Counted from the first letter of the stretch, positions 10,511 to 21,534 are shown. The stretch is DNA of 64,000 nucleotides from Alphaproteobacteria bacterium (GCA_964291285.2 OZ219787.1:864001-928000); one strand, 5' to 3'. Translations and numbers: made by a program. Notes: generated from the sequence alone by a model not told the origin.

Positions 10511-11614
10511 TTACAGGTTGAAGCGGAAGAGCAGCACGTCGCCGTCCTGCACCACGTAGTCGCGGCCCTCGACGCGCATGCGCCCCGCTTCCTTCGCGCC
10601 GCGCTCTCCGCCGCAGGCCACATAGTCCTCGAAGGCGATGGTTTCGGCGCGGATGAAGCCGCGTTCGAAATCGGTGTGGACGCGGCCCGCCGCCTCGGGC
10701 GCGGTCGCGCCGGCGGTCACCGTCCAGGCGCGGGCCTCCTTCGGGCCGGCGGTTATGAAGGTGATGAGGCCGAGCAGCCGGTAGCCGGCGCGGATCACCC
10801 GGTCGAGGCCGGACTCCTCAAGGCCGAGCGTCTCGAGGAACGCCCCGCGCTCCCCGGCGTCGCCCAGCACGGCGATCTCCGCTTCGACCGCGGCCGACAC
10901 GGTGACGCATGCCGCACCCTCGCGAACCGCGCGCGCCGCCGCCTGCCGCGAGAAATCGTTGCCCGCCGCTGCATCCGCTTCGCCGACATTGCACACATAG
11001 AGCACCGGCTTGGCGGTCAGCAATTGCAGACCCTCGAAGGCCGCCCGGTCGTCGTCGCGGTCGAAGCGGACACTGCGCGCCGGCCTGCCCGCCTCCAGCG
11101 CTTCGAGCACGGGCGCCATCGTGCGGGCCGCGACCTTCTGTTCCTCGTCGCCCGCCGCCGCGCGCTTCTTCGCCTGGTCGAAGCGCCGGTCCAGGCTTTC
11201 GAGGTCCGCCAGCATGAGCTCGGTCTCGACCGTCTCGGCATCGCGCACCGGATCGATTCCGCTCTCCACATGCGTCACGCCCCCGTCCTCGAAGCAGCGC
11301 AGCACATGGGCGATGGCGTCCACCTCGCGGATATTGGCGAGGAAGCGGTTGCCGAGCCCCTCGCCGCGGGATGCGCCGCGCACCAGCCCGGCGATATCGA
11401 CGAACTCAAGGAAGGTCGGCTGCACGCTCGGCGCCCCCGCAAGGCCGGCGACCCTTTCCAGCCGGGCGTCGGGAACCGCGACGCGCCCGACATTCGGCTC
11501 GACCGTGCAGAAGGGATAATTCTCCGCCTGCGCCTGGGCGGTCGCCGTCAGCGCGTTGAAGAGCGTGGATTTGCCGACATTCGGCAGGCCCACAATGCCG
11601 CATCTGAAGCCCAT
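10511..11614 (-). CDS. ychF: Redox-regulated ATPase YchF
   Basis: GIVGLPNVGKSTLFNALT, NYPFCT, DIAGLVRGAS.GEGLGNRFL, YVVQDGDV. Confidence 0.97.
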   Translation of the reverse strand: MGFRCGIVGLPNVGKSTLFNALTATAQAQAENYPFCTVEPNVGRVAVPDARLERVAGLAGAPSVQPTFLEFVDIAGLVRGASRGEGLGNRFLANIREVDAIAHVLRCFEDGGVTHVESGIDPVRDAETVETELMLADLESLDRRFDQAKKRAAAGDEEQKVAARTMAPVLEALEAGRPARSVRFDRDDDRAAFEGLQLLTAKPVLYVCNVGEADAAAGNDFSRQAAARAVREGAACVTVSAAVEAEIAVLGDAGERGAFLETLGLEESGLDRVIRAGYRLLGLITFITAGPKEARAWTVTAGATAPEAAGRVHTDFERGFIRAETIAFEDYVACGGERGAKEAGRMRVEGRDYVVQDGDVLLFRFNL

Positions 11615-11620
11615 GCCCCG

Positions 11621-12217
11621 TCAGGCCTCCGGGGCCGGCGCATCGGGGGGCGGACGGGTCAGGATCGCCACCCGGTTCATGAAGTTCGCGTCGTCGTTCT
11701 CCGCCAGCAGATCGGCCGAGCGCGCCACCGCGTCCAGCATGAGCATGAGCCAGCCCGAGTCCTCCGAGTCGAAGGCGTGCAGCACATGGCCGGTCACGCG
11801 CCTCGAATCGCCCGGATGCCCGATGCCGAGGCGCACGCGGCGATAGCCCGGGCCGATAATGCGGTCGATGCTGCCGAGCCCGTTATGGCCGGCCGACCCG
11901 CCGCCCCGTTTCACGCGCAGCTTGCCGGCCGCCAGGTCGAGCTCATCGTGGAAGACCACCACCTGGGCAAGGCCCGGCTTGTAGAACTGCATGGCCGCAG
12001 AGACGGCGCGGCCGGACTGGTTCATGAAGGTCTGCGGCTTGAGCAGCGCCACGCGCTCCCCTCCGAGCCGGCCCTCGCTCACCAGGCCGCGAAACCGCTT
12101 GCGGAACGGCGGGAAACCGTGCCGGTTCGCGATCGCGTCCAGCGCCATGAACCCGATATTGTGCCGGTGGCGGGCGTATTTCGGGCCGGGATTGCCGAGC
12201 CCGACAAAGAGATGCAC
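11621..12217 (-). CDS. pth: Peptidyl-tRNA hydrolase
   Basis: VGLGNPG..Y..HRHNIGF, LKPQTFMNQSG, HDELD, GHNGL. Confidence 0.97.
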   Translation of the reverse strand: MHLFVGLGNPGPKYARHRHNIGFMALDAIANRHGFPPFRKRFRGLVSEGRLGGERVALLKPQTFMNQSGRAVSAAMQFYKPGLAQVVVFHDELDLAAGKLRVKRGGGSAGHNGLGSIDRIIGPGYRRVRLGIGHPGDSRRVTGHVLHAFDSEDSGWLMLMLDAVARSADLLAENDDANFMNRVAILTRPPPDAPAPEA

Positions 12218-12244
12218 GGCAGCCGGCCTCCCTTGCCCGGACGA

Positions 12245-12901
12245 TCAGTCGGAGGCGGGCTCCTCGCCGCCTTCCTCTTCGCCCTCCTGGCCTTCTTCCT
12301 CGCCTTCCTCGGCCTCTTCCTCGTCGTCCAGGCCGCCGGCAGGCGCCGAAATCGAGACGATCAGCGGGTCGTCATCGCCCGCGGGACGCACGCCTTCCGG
12401 CAGCACGATTTCCGAGAGCCGGACGCCGCTGCCGATCTCCAGCGCCGCAATGTCCACCTCCAGCGCTTCCGGAATGCTGTCCGCGCGGCAGACGACCTCG
12501 ACATCGTATTGCGCGACGGCGAGCGTGCCGCCCGCGCGCAAGCCGACACAGTCGTCCTGGCCCAGCAGCGACACCGGCACCCTCACATTCAGTTCCGAGG
12601 CCGCCGACACGCGCATGAAATCGACATGCAGGGGACGGTCGGTCACCGGATGGCGCTGGACCTCCTTCGGAATGACGCGCTCGCGGCCGGAGCCCTCGAT
12701 CTCCAGATCGAGCAATGTGGCGGTGAAGCCGCCGCGGCCCATCAGCCAGCGCAGCCGGCGGTCCTCGACGGACACCTTCTCCGGCTCCTTGCTGCCGCCA
12801 TAGACGATGGCCGGCACCCGGCCCTCGCGGCGCAGCGCCCGCGCCGGCCCCGTGCCGGCGCCCTGCCGCGGCAATGCGGCGAGAATGGCGTTTTCGCTCA
12901 T
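12245..12901 (-). CDS. rplY: 50S ribosomal protein L25/Ctc
   Basis: ARALRREGRVPAIVYG, QRHPVTDRPLHVDF, acidic tail. Confidence 0.96.
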   Translation of the reverse strand: MSENAILAALPRQGAGTGPARALRREGRVPAIVYGGSKEPEKVSVEDRRLRWLMGRGGFTATLLDLEIEGSGRERVIPKEVQRHPVTDRPLHVDFMRVSAASELNVRVPVSLLGQDDCVGLRAGGTLAVAQYDVEVVCRADSIPEALEVDIAALEIGSGVRLSEIVLPEGVRPAGDDDPLIVSISAPAGGLDDEEEAEEGEEEGQEGEEEGGEEPASD

Positions 12902-12934
12902 GGTCTTCCGTTCTTCTTCCTTCTCCCGGCCGGC

Positions 12935-13867
12935 CTAGTTGAACAGGCTCGAGACCGACCGGCTCTGGGTAATCCGCAACACCGCCTCGCCCAGCAGCGG
13001 CCCGATGGCAATCTGCCGGATATTCTCCGCATCCTGCATCGCCTGCGTCGCCTCGATGCTGTCCGTCGTCACCAGCATGTCTATCGGCGACGCCGTGACC
13101 CGGTCCACCGCCCCGCCCGACAGCACGCCGTGCGAGACATAGGCCGAGACGGCGCTCGCCCCCTCCTCCATCAACGCCACCGCGGCGTTGCACAGGGTGC
13201 CGGCGCTGTCCACGATGTCATCGAATATGACGCAGCGCCGCCCGCCGACCTCGCCGATGATGTTCATCACCTCGGAAACGCCGGCGCGCGGGCGGCGCTT
13301 GTCGATGATTGCAAGCTCGCTGTCAAGGCGCCTCGCAAGCGCGCGGGCGCGCACGACGCCGCCGACATCGGGCGAAACGACAACCAGCGCCTCATCGTTG
13401 AATGTCTGCTTCAGGTCGGCGGCGAACACGGGCGCGGCGAACAGATTGTCCGTCGGTATGTCGAAGAAGCCCTGGATCTGGCCGGCATGGAGGTCCATGG
13501 TCAGCACCCGGTGGGCGCCCGCCGTGGTTATCAGGTTGGCGACCAGCTTGGCCGAGATCGGCGTGCGCGAGCCTGTCTTGCGGTCCTGCCGGGCGTAGCC
13601 GAAATAGGGGATGACGGCAGTGATCCGGCGCGCCGAGGCCCGTTTCAGCGCGTCGATGGCCACCAGCAATTCCATCAGCGTGTCGTTGGCCGGGAAGGAG
13701 GTGGACTGGACCAGGAACACGTCCTCGCCGCGGACATTCTCCTCGATCTCGACGAAGACTTCCTTGTCGGAGAAATTCCTGATGCTGGCCGCGGTCAGCG
13801 GCACTTCCAGATAGTCGGCGATCGCCTGGGCGAGTGGTCGATTGCTGTTGCCTGCAATAACCTTCAT
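12935..13867 (-). CDS. prs: Ribose-phosphate pyrophosphokinase
   Basis: [44 protein letters not shown]. Confidence 0.97.
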   Translation of the reverse strand: MKVIAGNSNRPLAQAIADYLEVPLTAASIRNFSDKEVFVEIEENVRGEDVFLVQSTSFPANDTLMELLVAIDALKRASARRITAVIPYFGYARQDRKTGSRTPISAKLVANLITTAGAHRVLTMDLHAGQIQGFFDIPTDNLFAAPVFAADLKQTFNDEALVVVSPDVGGVVRARALARRLDSELAIIDKRRPRAGVSEVMNIIGEVGGRRCVIFDDIVDSAGTLCNAAVALMEEGASAVSAYVSHGVLSGGAVDRVTASPIDMLVTTDSIEATQAMQDAENIRQIAIGPLLGEAVLRITQSRSVSSLFN

Positions 13868-13937
13868 GCGTCCCGCCGCCCCTCTCCCCCGGACGGCGCG
13901 GAACCTAACAGTGCGCCCCGGGGCTGTAAATGCCGGT

Positions 13938-14474
13938 TCATATGCGTGTCGAGAGCGCGATTGCGAGTTTCGAGGCGGTGTTTACGGCACGGTAGAGCAG
14001 GCCGTAGGCCGGCGCCTGTTCCGCCCCGGCGTCGAGCGCCGTGTCGCGGTGCTCCAGCTCTTCGGCCCGGAACTCCTCGATGGCCGCGGCCAGCTCCGGC
14101 TCCCCGCCCTCCAGTTCTTCAAGCTGGCCCGCATAGTGCTCGTCTATGGCCTCCTCGACCGCGACGGTGCAGGCCATCGCCGCCCGCTCGCCGAGCGCGG
14201 CCGTGGCGGCGCCGAGCGCGAAGCCGGCAAGATGCCAGAGCGGCTGCAGGGCGGTCGGCCGCACCCGCCGGGCGGCGAGTTCGGCCTCGAAATAGGCCAG
14301 GTGGCGGGCCTCCTGCCGCGCCATGTGCCGGAGCGCCGGCCCCGCCGGCCCGCGCCCGAGCACCGCAAGCTGGCCCTCATAGATGCGCCGGGCGCCGTAT
14401 TCGCCCGCATGGTTGACGCGGACCATCGCCTCGATGCGCTCTTTCCGCGTCGGGTCTCCGGGAAGGCGCTTCAT
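13938..14474 (-). CDS. coq7: Demethoxyubiquinone hydroxylase (Coq7 family)
   Basis: [37 protein letters not shown] di-iron ligands. Confidence 0.92.
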   Translation of the reverse strand: MKRLPGDPTRKERIEAMVRVNHAGEYGARRIYEGQLAVLGRGPAGPALRHMARQEARHLAYFEAELAARRVRPTALQPLWHLAGFALGAATAALGERAAMACTVAVEEAIDEHYAGQLEELEGGEPELAAAIEEFRAEELEHRDTALDAGAEQAPAYGLLYRAVNTASKLAIALSTRI

Positions 14475-14962
14475 GCCGCTGTGCTCCTCATGGCCGGAAC
14501 CCTGCGCCGGAGAGCGCCGGCCGCCATGCCTGCCAGCGCCAGCGAAAGCAGGCCGTTCCAGGCCGCCATGGAGAGGCCGAGGAACGACCACGCGACCTCG
14601 TCGCAGCGCGCGGGCGCCGCATTGAGCAGGCGTTCGCGCAGCTCCGCGACCGTGTCCGCCGGAGGGCCGCCCTCGCAGGCGGCGAGGCCTGCCCACCAGT
14701 GCTGCTCGACGCCCGCATGAAAGCCCGCAAGGCCCGCCCCCGCAAGCGCGGCCACGCCCGCAAGCGCCAGGAGGGCCGCCGCGGCCGGGCCCCGGAACCC
14801 CAGGGAGGCGGCCGCGAGCAAGGCGGTCGCGACATGCGGCCAGCGCTGCCAGATGCAGAGCGGGCATGGCTCCAGGCCTCCCAGATGCTGGAAGCCGAAT
14901 GCCGCGGCGAGCGCCGCCAGGCTGCCGCCGGCCAGCGCCGCCGGATGGAACAGGAACCGCAT
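14471..14962 (-). CDS. dsbB: Disulfide bond formation protein B family
   Basis: GLEPCPLCIWQRWP, FHAGVE..WW....C, RCDEVAWSFLGLSMA. Confidence 0.88.
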   Translation of the reverse strand: MRFLFHPAALAGGSLAALAAAFGFQHLGGLEPCPLCIWQRWPHVATALLAAASLGFRGPAAAALLALAGVAALAGAGLAGFHAGVEQHWWAGLAACEGGPPADTVAELRERLLNAAPARCDEVAWSFLGLSMAAWNGLLSLALAGMAAGALRRRVPAMRSTAA

Positions 14963-15540
14963 CACAGCACCTTCAACAGCAGGAAGCCTGCCACGAGCAG
15001 CACCGCGAAGGCGAGCGCCAACGGTCCGAGCCGGCGCTCGATGAAGGCCCTGAGCGGCGCGCCGAAACGCCAGAGGAGCGCGGCCACGATGAAAAAGCGC
15101 AGCCCCCTGCCGGCCGCCGAGGCGAGGGCGAAGGTGGCGAGGTCGGTGCCGGCAACGCCGCTGGCGATGGTGAACACCTTGTAGGGGATGGGCGAAAAGG
15201 CCGCGGTGAAGACAATGAGGCCGCCATGGGCGTTGTAGAGCGCCTGCGCTTCCGCGAACGCCTCCCCGTAATCGTAGAATTCGAGCACCGGCGCGCCCAC
15301 GGCCTGGAAGAGGAACGCGCCGATGCCGTAGCCCGCCGCGCCGCCCGCGACGGACGCGCCGGTGCAGACCGCCGCGTAGCGCCACGCCCGCTCCGGCGCG
15401 GCCAGCACCATCGGAATGAGCAGCGCATCCACCGGCACGGGGAAGACGACGCTCTCCGCGAAGGCGACCGCCGCGAGCAGCCAGACCGCGTGCGGGTGCC
15501 CGGCGAGGCGCATGGTTCCGTCGTAGAGGCGGCGCAGCAT
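14962..15540 (-). CDS. YqaA/DedA family membrane protein
   Basis: AFAESVVFPVPVDALLIPM, SPIPYKVFTIASG. Confidence 0.88.
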   Translation of the reverse strand: MLRRLYDGTMRLAGHPHAVWLLAAVAFAESVVFPVPVDALLIPMVLAAPERAWRYAAVCTGASVAGGAAGYGIGAFLFQAVGAPVLEFYDYGEAFAEAQALYNAHGGLIVFTAAFSPIPYKVFTIASGVAGTDLATFALASAAGRGLRFFIVAALLWRFGAPLRAFIERRLGPLALAFAVLLVAGFLLLKVL

Positions 15541-15617
15541 GATGCAGGCCGAAATAGCCGCGCCCGACCGGACGGGCAATGCGGCCCCTGCTGCAGCCGG
15601 CCTCCGGAACATGCCCG

Positions 15618-16867
15618 TGGAGTGGGCCCCTTGGGTCGGACAGTTTCAAGCGGCATTTTTGACAGGGTTGCGATGTTGTTTTTCCTCGAAGCGGTTTGGG
15701 CTCAGATATCCGAGCGCGGAGTGCAGGCGTCTGTGGTTGTAGCTGTCGATGAAGCGTGGCAGTTGCCTTGCGACGTCATCGGCGGTCTCGAAGGCCATGG
15801 GATAGACGCCTTCGACCTTCAGGGTTTTCATGAAGCTCTCCATCATGGCGTTGTCGTAGGGGTTGGCTCGTCGTCCCATGGAGCCGACCATCCCGTGTTT
15901 GTCGAGCCGGGTCCGGTAGGCATGGGCGGCGTATTGCGAGCCCCTGTCGGAGTGGTGGATGCAGCCGGGCTGAGGGCTTCGGTTCCCGATCGCCTTGTCG
16001 AGCGCCGCGAGCGTCAGGCGCGCGTCGATGCGTTGCCCGAGCGCGTAGCCGACAATGCGGCGCGACCAGGCGTCCATGACCGCCGCCAGATAGACGAAGC
16101 CGTCCAGGATGGCGATGTAGGTCAGGTCGGCGACCCAGAGCCGGTTCGGGCCCTCGACCTCGCAGTCCCGGGACCGGTCCGGGAAGACCGGCCCGTCGTG
16201 GCCGCTGTCCGTGGTGGCGACAAAGCGGCGCTTGCGCGGCGGCTGCAGGGCGTGTTCGCGCATCAGCCGCCTGACCTTCTTGTGGTTGACGGTCCGGCCC
16301 CGGTGGCGAAGTTCCGCCTGCATGCGCCGCCAGCCATAGGCCTCGAACTCGTCCTTGATCTCGTGCATCGCCTCGACCAGGGCGGTGTCGTCGACCGGGC
16401 TCTGCGGCTCGCGGTAACAGGTGGAGCGCGCGATCCCCATCAGTCGGCATCCTTCGGCGACGGAGAGGCCTCGGGGCCGGCGATCACGGACATGGGCGCG
16501 CGCCTCGACCGCCGTCCTTGCCGCAAAGCCCCCTTTAGGAACTCCAGCTCCGCGGCCTGCCGGCCGACCAGCCGTTCGAGCGTCGCGATCCGGGCCTCAT
16601 ACGCCCGGAGCGTGTCAGCCGCCTCGGCCTCCTCATCGAAGGCGCCGGCCTCGTATTTCTCCAGCCACAGCCGGATCAGGGTGCGAGACAGGTCATGACG
16701 GCGGGCCAGACCGTAAAACGTCTCGCCTGCCAGATACTCCTCAACGACCTGGCGCTTGAAGGCCATGCTGTGCGTGCGGTGCTTCCTCATCGGCGTCGAT
16801 CCTTCCAATGACCGCGCACCTGTCAATTTCCTACAACAAAACTGTCCGAGACCAGGGGCCCACTCCA
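15618..16867 (-). mobile_element. IS3-family insertion sequence (1250 bp)
   Basis: TG...CA ends with imperfect inverted repeats (TGGAGTGGGCCCC...CGGACAGTTT); 3-bp target duplication CCG. Confidence 0.92.
15646..16790 (-). CDS. IS3 transposase OrfA (16440-16790) / OrfB (15646-16440), probable -1 programmed frameshift
   Basis: OrfB has WVADLTY, HHSDRGSQY, DNAMMESF. Slippery AAAGGGGG near 16529-16536; the -1 frame stays open into GLSVAEGCRLMGIARST. Confidence 0.9.
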
Positions 16868-16870
16868 CCG

Positions 16871-17311
16871 GAGTGTCATGAAATGTCATGTTTTGTCATG
16901 CGGCCCTCCGGAAATGTCATGTTCTGTCATGGTCCGCCTCACCCCTCCTCGTCACCCTCGGCTCTCACCTGTCCCACCCCTCATCCTGAGTAGCGACCGC
17001 GCTAGCGGGCGCGTATCGAAGGACCGCCCCGAACTGCCGGCAGCCGTCCTTCGATACGCGCCGGCCTTCGCAGGACGAAGGCCGGCGCTACTCAGGATGA
17101 GGGACACCGGGCAGTCGAACCCGGGCCATGAGTCCTGCCCGCTAAATCCAAACCGGACAGCAGTGGCTCGGGGGCCGGGGTGACGGTTGAGGGCCGGGAT
17201 GGGAGGCCATCCTGTCCGCCCGGCCGCCGCCTGTCCGTATCCTGCATGCTGTTCCTCCATCGCGTTCCGTTCCGTTCCTCCCGCCGCCGGCTCGCCCGGC
17301 GCGGCGGGACC
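16871..17311 (-). repeat. Dispersed long repeat, copy D (3' part only, cut by IS1634)
   Basis: Reverse complement of 16874-16947 nearly matches 54085-54160; 17180-17311 matches about 53721-53862. Confidence 0.75.
16979..17102. repeat. Palindromic REP/MITE-like element
   Basis: CCTCATCCTGAGTAGCG...CGCTACTCAGGATGAGG terminal inverted repeat; half copy at about 25199-25215. Confidence 0.7.
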
Positions 17312-17315
17312 CTAG

Positions 17316-19329
17316 CCCGACTTCCGCAACTCGGCTTGAGAATCGACTGATTTGACGGTTTTCCGGCGCGAGAAGTGTCGGATTTCGGTGCAGTACCTCT
17401 CGGGACCGGCTTGTAGTGCCGACCTACCCCCTTGATCGGGCTGGCGAAGATCCGGACGCTGCGCTGATGTTCGTGCGCTGCAAGAGACGCTTCAAGGACG
17501 GCAAGGAGCACCGCTACTGGAGCGTTGTGGAGAACGTCCGGGTCCACGGCGGTCGGGTTGTTCAGCGTCAGGTGCTCTATCTCGGGGAGATCAACGACAG
17601 CCAGCGAGCGGCGTGGTGCCGCTCGATCGAGGTGGTGGAGGGCAAGTCGCGATCACGGCAGATGGCGCTGTTTCCCGAGGACCGGGAGGCGCCGGCGCTG
17701 ACTTGCGAAGTGGTGAAGATCGACCTCTCGCAGGTGGCGCTTCACGACCCGCGCCAGTGGGGGGCGTGCTGGCTGGCGCTGTCCTTGTGGGACCGCCTGG
17801 ACCTGGACCGCTTCTGGGAAGAGCGGCTGCCGGCGAGCCGGCAAGGCACGCGGTGGCTGGACATCCTGAAGATCCAGGTCTGCTACCGGCTGATCGACCC
17901 GGGCAGCGAGTGGCGCCTTCACCGTCACTGGTATGAGCACAGCGCGCTTCGCGATCTTCTGGGTGGCGAGCGGGCGATCGCCGACGACACACTCTATCGC
18001 TGTCTCGACAAGCTGCTGGCGCACAAGCAGGGCTTCTTCTCGTTTCTGCGCGACCGCTGGGCGACGCTGTTCGAGGCGCGCTTCGACGTGCTGCTCTACG
18101 ACCTGACCTCGACCTACTTCGAGAGCGATCCGCCGTTCGATGACAAGCGCCGCTTCGGCTACAGCCGGGACAAGCGGCCCGACTGCGTGCAGGTGGTGAT
18201 CGCCCTGATCGTTACGCCGCAGGGCTTTCCGCTGGCCTATGAGGTGATGCCGGGCAACACCTCCGACGACACCACGCTGGCGGCGTTCCTCAAGAAGATC
18301 GAGGATCAGTATGGCCGCTCCGAGCGGGTGTGGATCATGGACCGCGGCATCCCCACCGAGGAGACGCTGGCCGCGATGCGCGAGGGCGAGGCGCCGGTGC
18401 GCTACCTGGTGGGCACGCCCAAGGGCCGGCTGACGCGGCTCGAGAAGGTGTTCCTGGGCCTGCCCTGGCAGGAGGTGCGCCAGTCCGTGACTGTCAAGCT
18501 TCTGGTCGAGGATGGCGAGCTCTACGTCCTGGTGCGCAGCGAGGGGCGGCAGGTGAAGGAACGCGGCATGCGCCGGCGCCGGCTGAAGAGGCTGTGGCGT
18601 CGATTGGCCGAGTTGCAAGGGCAGTCGAACAGCCGGGATCAGTTGTTGCTCAAGCTCGGCGCCGCCAGGAAGGAGGCCGGCCGGGCCTGGAGCCTGGTCG
18701 ACATCACCGTGCCCGGGACCGACAGCGAACTCGCCGCCAACGGCTTCTCATTCCGCCTGCAGCGCGACCGGCTGCGCCAGGTCCGCCGCCGCGAGGGCCG
18801 TTACCTGCTGCGATCCAACATGGTCGCCGAAGACCCCGCCACGCTGTGGCATCTGTACATGCAGCTCGTCGAGATCGAGCAGGCGTTCAAGGAACTCAAG
18901 CACGACCTCGCGATCCGCCCCATCTTCCATCAGCGCCAAGAGCGCATCGAGGCGCATATCTTCGTCTCGTTCATCGCCTACTGCCTGCTGGTGACCCTGA
19001 AGAACCTCGCCCGGCCGCGCGCCCCGGGCCTCACCCCACGCGCCATCCTTGAGGCCTTCGCCACCATCCAGATGGTGGACGTCCATCTGCCAACCACCGA
19101 CGGCCGGCACCTCGTCCTGCCGCGCCACACCCGGCCGAACAAGGAGCACGAGCTACTGCTGCAACAGCTCGGCATGACCTGGCCGCAGCAACCCGCACCC
19201 CGGATCTCCGCCTGACGGCACACGGCGCCGCCTCTCCGTTCGCCGCCTTGTAGTGCCGACCCTCGGGGAGACGATCAAGGCTATTCAATGAGTTAGCATC
19301 CTCATGACCCCCGAGTTGCGGAAGTCGGG
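17316..19329 (+). mobile_element. IS1634-family insertion sequence, copy 2 (2014 bp)
   Basis: Same inverted repeats as copy 1; flanked by CTAG on both sides. Confidence 0.92.
17467..19215 (+). CDS. IS1634-family DDE transposase
   Basis: Protein identical to copy 1. Confidence 0.93.
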   Translation: MFVRCKRRFKDGKEHRYWSVVENVRVHGGRVVQRQVLYLGEINDSQRAAWCRSIEVVEGKSRSRQMALFPEDREAPALTCEVVKIDLSQVALHDPRQWGACWLALSLWDRLDLDRFWEERLPASRQGTRWLDILKIQVCYRLIDPGSEWRLHRHWYEHSALRDLLGGERAIADDTLYRCLDKLLAHKQGFFSFLRDRWATLFEARFDVLLYDLTSTYFESDPPFDDKRRFGYSRDKRPDCVQVVIALIVTPQGFPLAYEVMPGNTSDDTTLAAFLKKIEDQYGRSERVWIMDRGIPTEETLAAMREGEAPVRYLVGTPKGRLTRLEKVFLGLPWQEVRQSVTVKLLVEDGELYVLVRSEGRQVKERGMRRRRLKRLWRRLAELQGQSNSRDQLLLKLGAARKEAGRAWSLVDITVPGTDSELAANGFSFRLQRDRLRQVRRREGRYLLRSNMVAEDPATLWHLYMQLVEIEQAFKELKHDLAIRPIFHQRQERIEAHIFVSFIAYCLLVTLKNLARPRAPGLTPRAILEAFATIQMVDVHLPTTDGRHLVLPRHTRPNKEHELLLQQLGMTWPQQPAPRISA

Positions 19330-19377
19330 CTAGGAGCGCCGGATCGTGGTCCCGGGCCGCCTCCGGCCGCGCCGCTG

Positions 19378-20088
19378 ATGCTCAGCCTGGTGGATATCCG
19401 CAAGAGCTACGTGACGGGCCCGGTCACCGTCGACGTCCTCCGGGACGTGCGGCTCGACGTGAAGCGGGGCGACCTGATGTCGATCACGGGGCCGTCCGGC
19501 TGCGGCAAGACCACGCTGATGAACATCATGGGCCTGCTGGACCGGCCCACCGGCGGTTCCTGCCTCCTGGACGGGCAGGATATCTCGGGAATGAGCGACA
19601 ACGAGCTCTCCGACATCCGCAACGCCAGCATCGGTTTCGTGTTCCAGGCGTTTCATCTGCTGCCGCGTCTGACGGCATGGGAGAATGTGGCCCTGCCCCT
19701 GCTATATCGCGGCCTGAGCGGCCCGGTCACCAGGCGCCGCGCGCTGGATGTGCTGGACAGCGTGGGCATGGGAGAACGCGCCAGGCACAGGCCGAACCAG
19801 CTCTCCGGCGGCCAGCAGCAACGGGTGGCCATCGCCCGGGCGCTGGCCGGCGAGCCGGCGATGGTGCTGGCCGACGAACCGACGGGCGCGCTGGACGCCG
19901 ACACGGGCGGGGAGATCATGCGGCTGCTGCTCGACCTGAACGCCGCCCGGCAGCTCACCCTCGTCATCGTCACCCATGACCGGCAGGTCGCCCGGCAGTG
20001 CGTGCGGAACGTCCGCGTGCAGGACGGCGTCCTGCGGGAGCTTCCGGCCGTGCCGGAAGGGGCGGCGGCGGTGCCGGAGCCCTCGTAG
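19378..20088 (+). CDS. ABC transporter ATP-binding protein (MacB/LolD type)
   Basis: [48 protein letters not shown]. Confidence 0.95.
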   Translation: MLSLVDIRKSYVTGPVTVDVLRDVRLDVKRGDLMSITGPSGCGKTTLMNIMGLLDRPTGGSCLLDGQDISGMSDNELSDIRNASIGFVFQAFHLLPRLTAWENVALPLLYRGLSGPVTRRRALDVLDSVGMGERARHRPNQLSGGQQQRVAIARALAGEPAMVLADEPTGALDADTGGEIMRLLLDLNAARQLTLVIVTHDRQVARQCVRNVRVQDGVLRELPAVPEGAAAVPEPS

Positions 20089-20098
20089 GCGCGCGCGG

Positions 20099-21295
20099 AT
20101 GGCCCTGCTTCTCGGCACCAATCTCAGGGAAGCGGCGGGCAGCCTGGCCGCCGCCCGGCTGCGCAGCCTGCTCGCGCTGATCGGCATTGCGATCGGCATC
20201 GGCTCGGTGATCGCAATGGTCTCCGTGGGCGAGATCGTCGAGCGGCAGTCCCTCAAGCACTTCGCGGAACTGGGCACCGACATTCTGCTGGTCCACAACC
20301 TCTCGCCTCCCGGCGGGCCGGACGGCCGAAGCCGGGCCACCATCGCCGTCGAGGAAGCCGCCGGGCTCGCGGCGCTCCCCGCCATCGGCGGGGTGGCGCC
20401 TTACATGATCTCCCCGGCGCAGGTCCTCCTCGCCGGCGAGGAAGACACGCGCGTAGCCCTGGTCGGCGCGACGAGGACGCTCGCCGGCCTTACCGGGCTG
20501 CATGTCGAGGAGGGGCGGTTCCTGTCCGATCTCGACGGCCGGCGGTACTATGGCGTGGTCGGGGCGGGAATCGCCGCCTCCATGCGCCGGGCCGGAGCCG
20601 GGCGCGTCGTCGGCGAAACGATCAGGATCGACGACCACGTCTATACCGTCGTGGGCGTGCTGAAAAGCGGGGTCCGGGGTCCGCGGGAGATCCGGGCGGA
20701 CCGCGCGGTATTCATTCCCGTCGGCACGGCGCAGCGGGTGTTTCGCAACCCGGACATCCGCACCGTCATGGCGCGCATGGCCCCCGGCGCCCACCACCTG
20801 GCGGCAGGCGCGCAGGTGCGCGACTATTTTCGCCGCAGGTCGGCGGACCTCGTCATCCATGTCGAAAGCCCGAAGGAGCTGATCGAGAAAATGCAGCAGC
20901 AGTCGCGGCTGTTCACGCTGCTGCTGGGCATGGTGGGCGGCATCTCGCTGCTGGTCGGCGGCATCGGGGTGATGAACGTCATGCTCGTCTCCGTCAGCCA
21001 GCGGCGCCTGGAGATCGGCATAAGGCGGGCCATCGGCGCGCGCCGGAGCCATGTCCAGTGGCAGTTCCTGATCGAGTCGTTCCTGCTGGTGCTGCTGGGC
21101 GGCATCCTCGGGATTGCGCTCGGCGCCGGCGCGACCTGGGCCATCTGCCGCTTCGCCGAGTGGCCGTACCGCGTGTCGACCGAGGCGGCCGGCCTTGCAC
21201 TGGCGGTCACCGCCGCCTGCGGCATCCTGTTCGGCCTCTATCCGGCCCGGCAGGCTTCCCGGCTCGATCCGGTGGCGGCGCTGCGCGGGCGCTGA
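20099..21295 (+). CDS. ABC transporter permease (MacB/FtsX type)
   Basis: [68 protein letters not shown]. Confidence 0.93.
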   Translation: MALLLGTNLREAAGSLAAARLRSLLALIGIAIGIGSVIAMVSVGEIVERQSLKHFAELGTDILLVHNLSPPGGPDGRSRATIAVEEAAGLAALPAIGGVAPYMISPAQVLLAGEEDTRVALVGATRTLAGLTGLHVEEGRFLSDLDGRRYYGVVGAGIAASMRRAGAGRVVGETIRIDDHVYTVVGVLKSGVRGPREIRADRAVFIPVGTAQRVFRNPDIRTVMARMAPGAHHLAAGAQVRDYFRRRSADLVIHVESPKELIEKMQQQSRLFTLLLGMVGGISLLVGGIGVMNVMLVSVSQRRLEIGIRRAIGARRSHVQWQFLIESFLLVLLGGILGIALGAGATWAICRFAEWPYRVSTEAAGLALAVTAACGILFGLYPARQASRLDPVAALRGR

Positions 21296-21309
21296 CCGCC
21301 GAGCAGCTC

Positions 21310-21440
21310 CACTATTGAATGCCAATCGCAAGCGTTGCTGCGGAAATTGGCCGATATTTTTATTGAAATGACATCCTAAAGCCGTTTCCTACATGAAAAA
21401 TTAACGAATTATATGCTATGATGAGGCTGATTTGAGCTTG
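21310..21440 (+). promoter_or_regulatory. AT-rich putative promoter region for the + strand peptide cluster
   Basis: Sharp AT-rich patch in GC-rich surroundings just upstream of the first gene; exact boxes not resolved. Confidence 0.4.
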
Positions 21441-21534
21441 CCGGCTCGATGAACACAGAGACCGGGAGTCTGGCGCGGTGGAGTGGACCGTCTTGTTCTG
21501 GCGCAAACCGCAGAGTCGCCATCGGAGGTATCGG

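Noticed and set aside
10502-14416. 1304-aa + strand ORF, and similar long antisense ORFs (e.g. 38648-41782, 47138-49072, 26470-28152)
   Set aside because: Antisense shadows of well-recognised genes in high-GC DNA; no protein motifs.
14471-14962. dsbB as a dedicated partner of the Cys-rich array
   Set aside because: It sits in a housekeeping run (yqaA-dsbB-coq7) separated from the array by two IS elements and a probable rearrangement junction.
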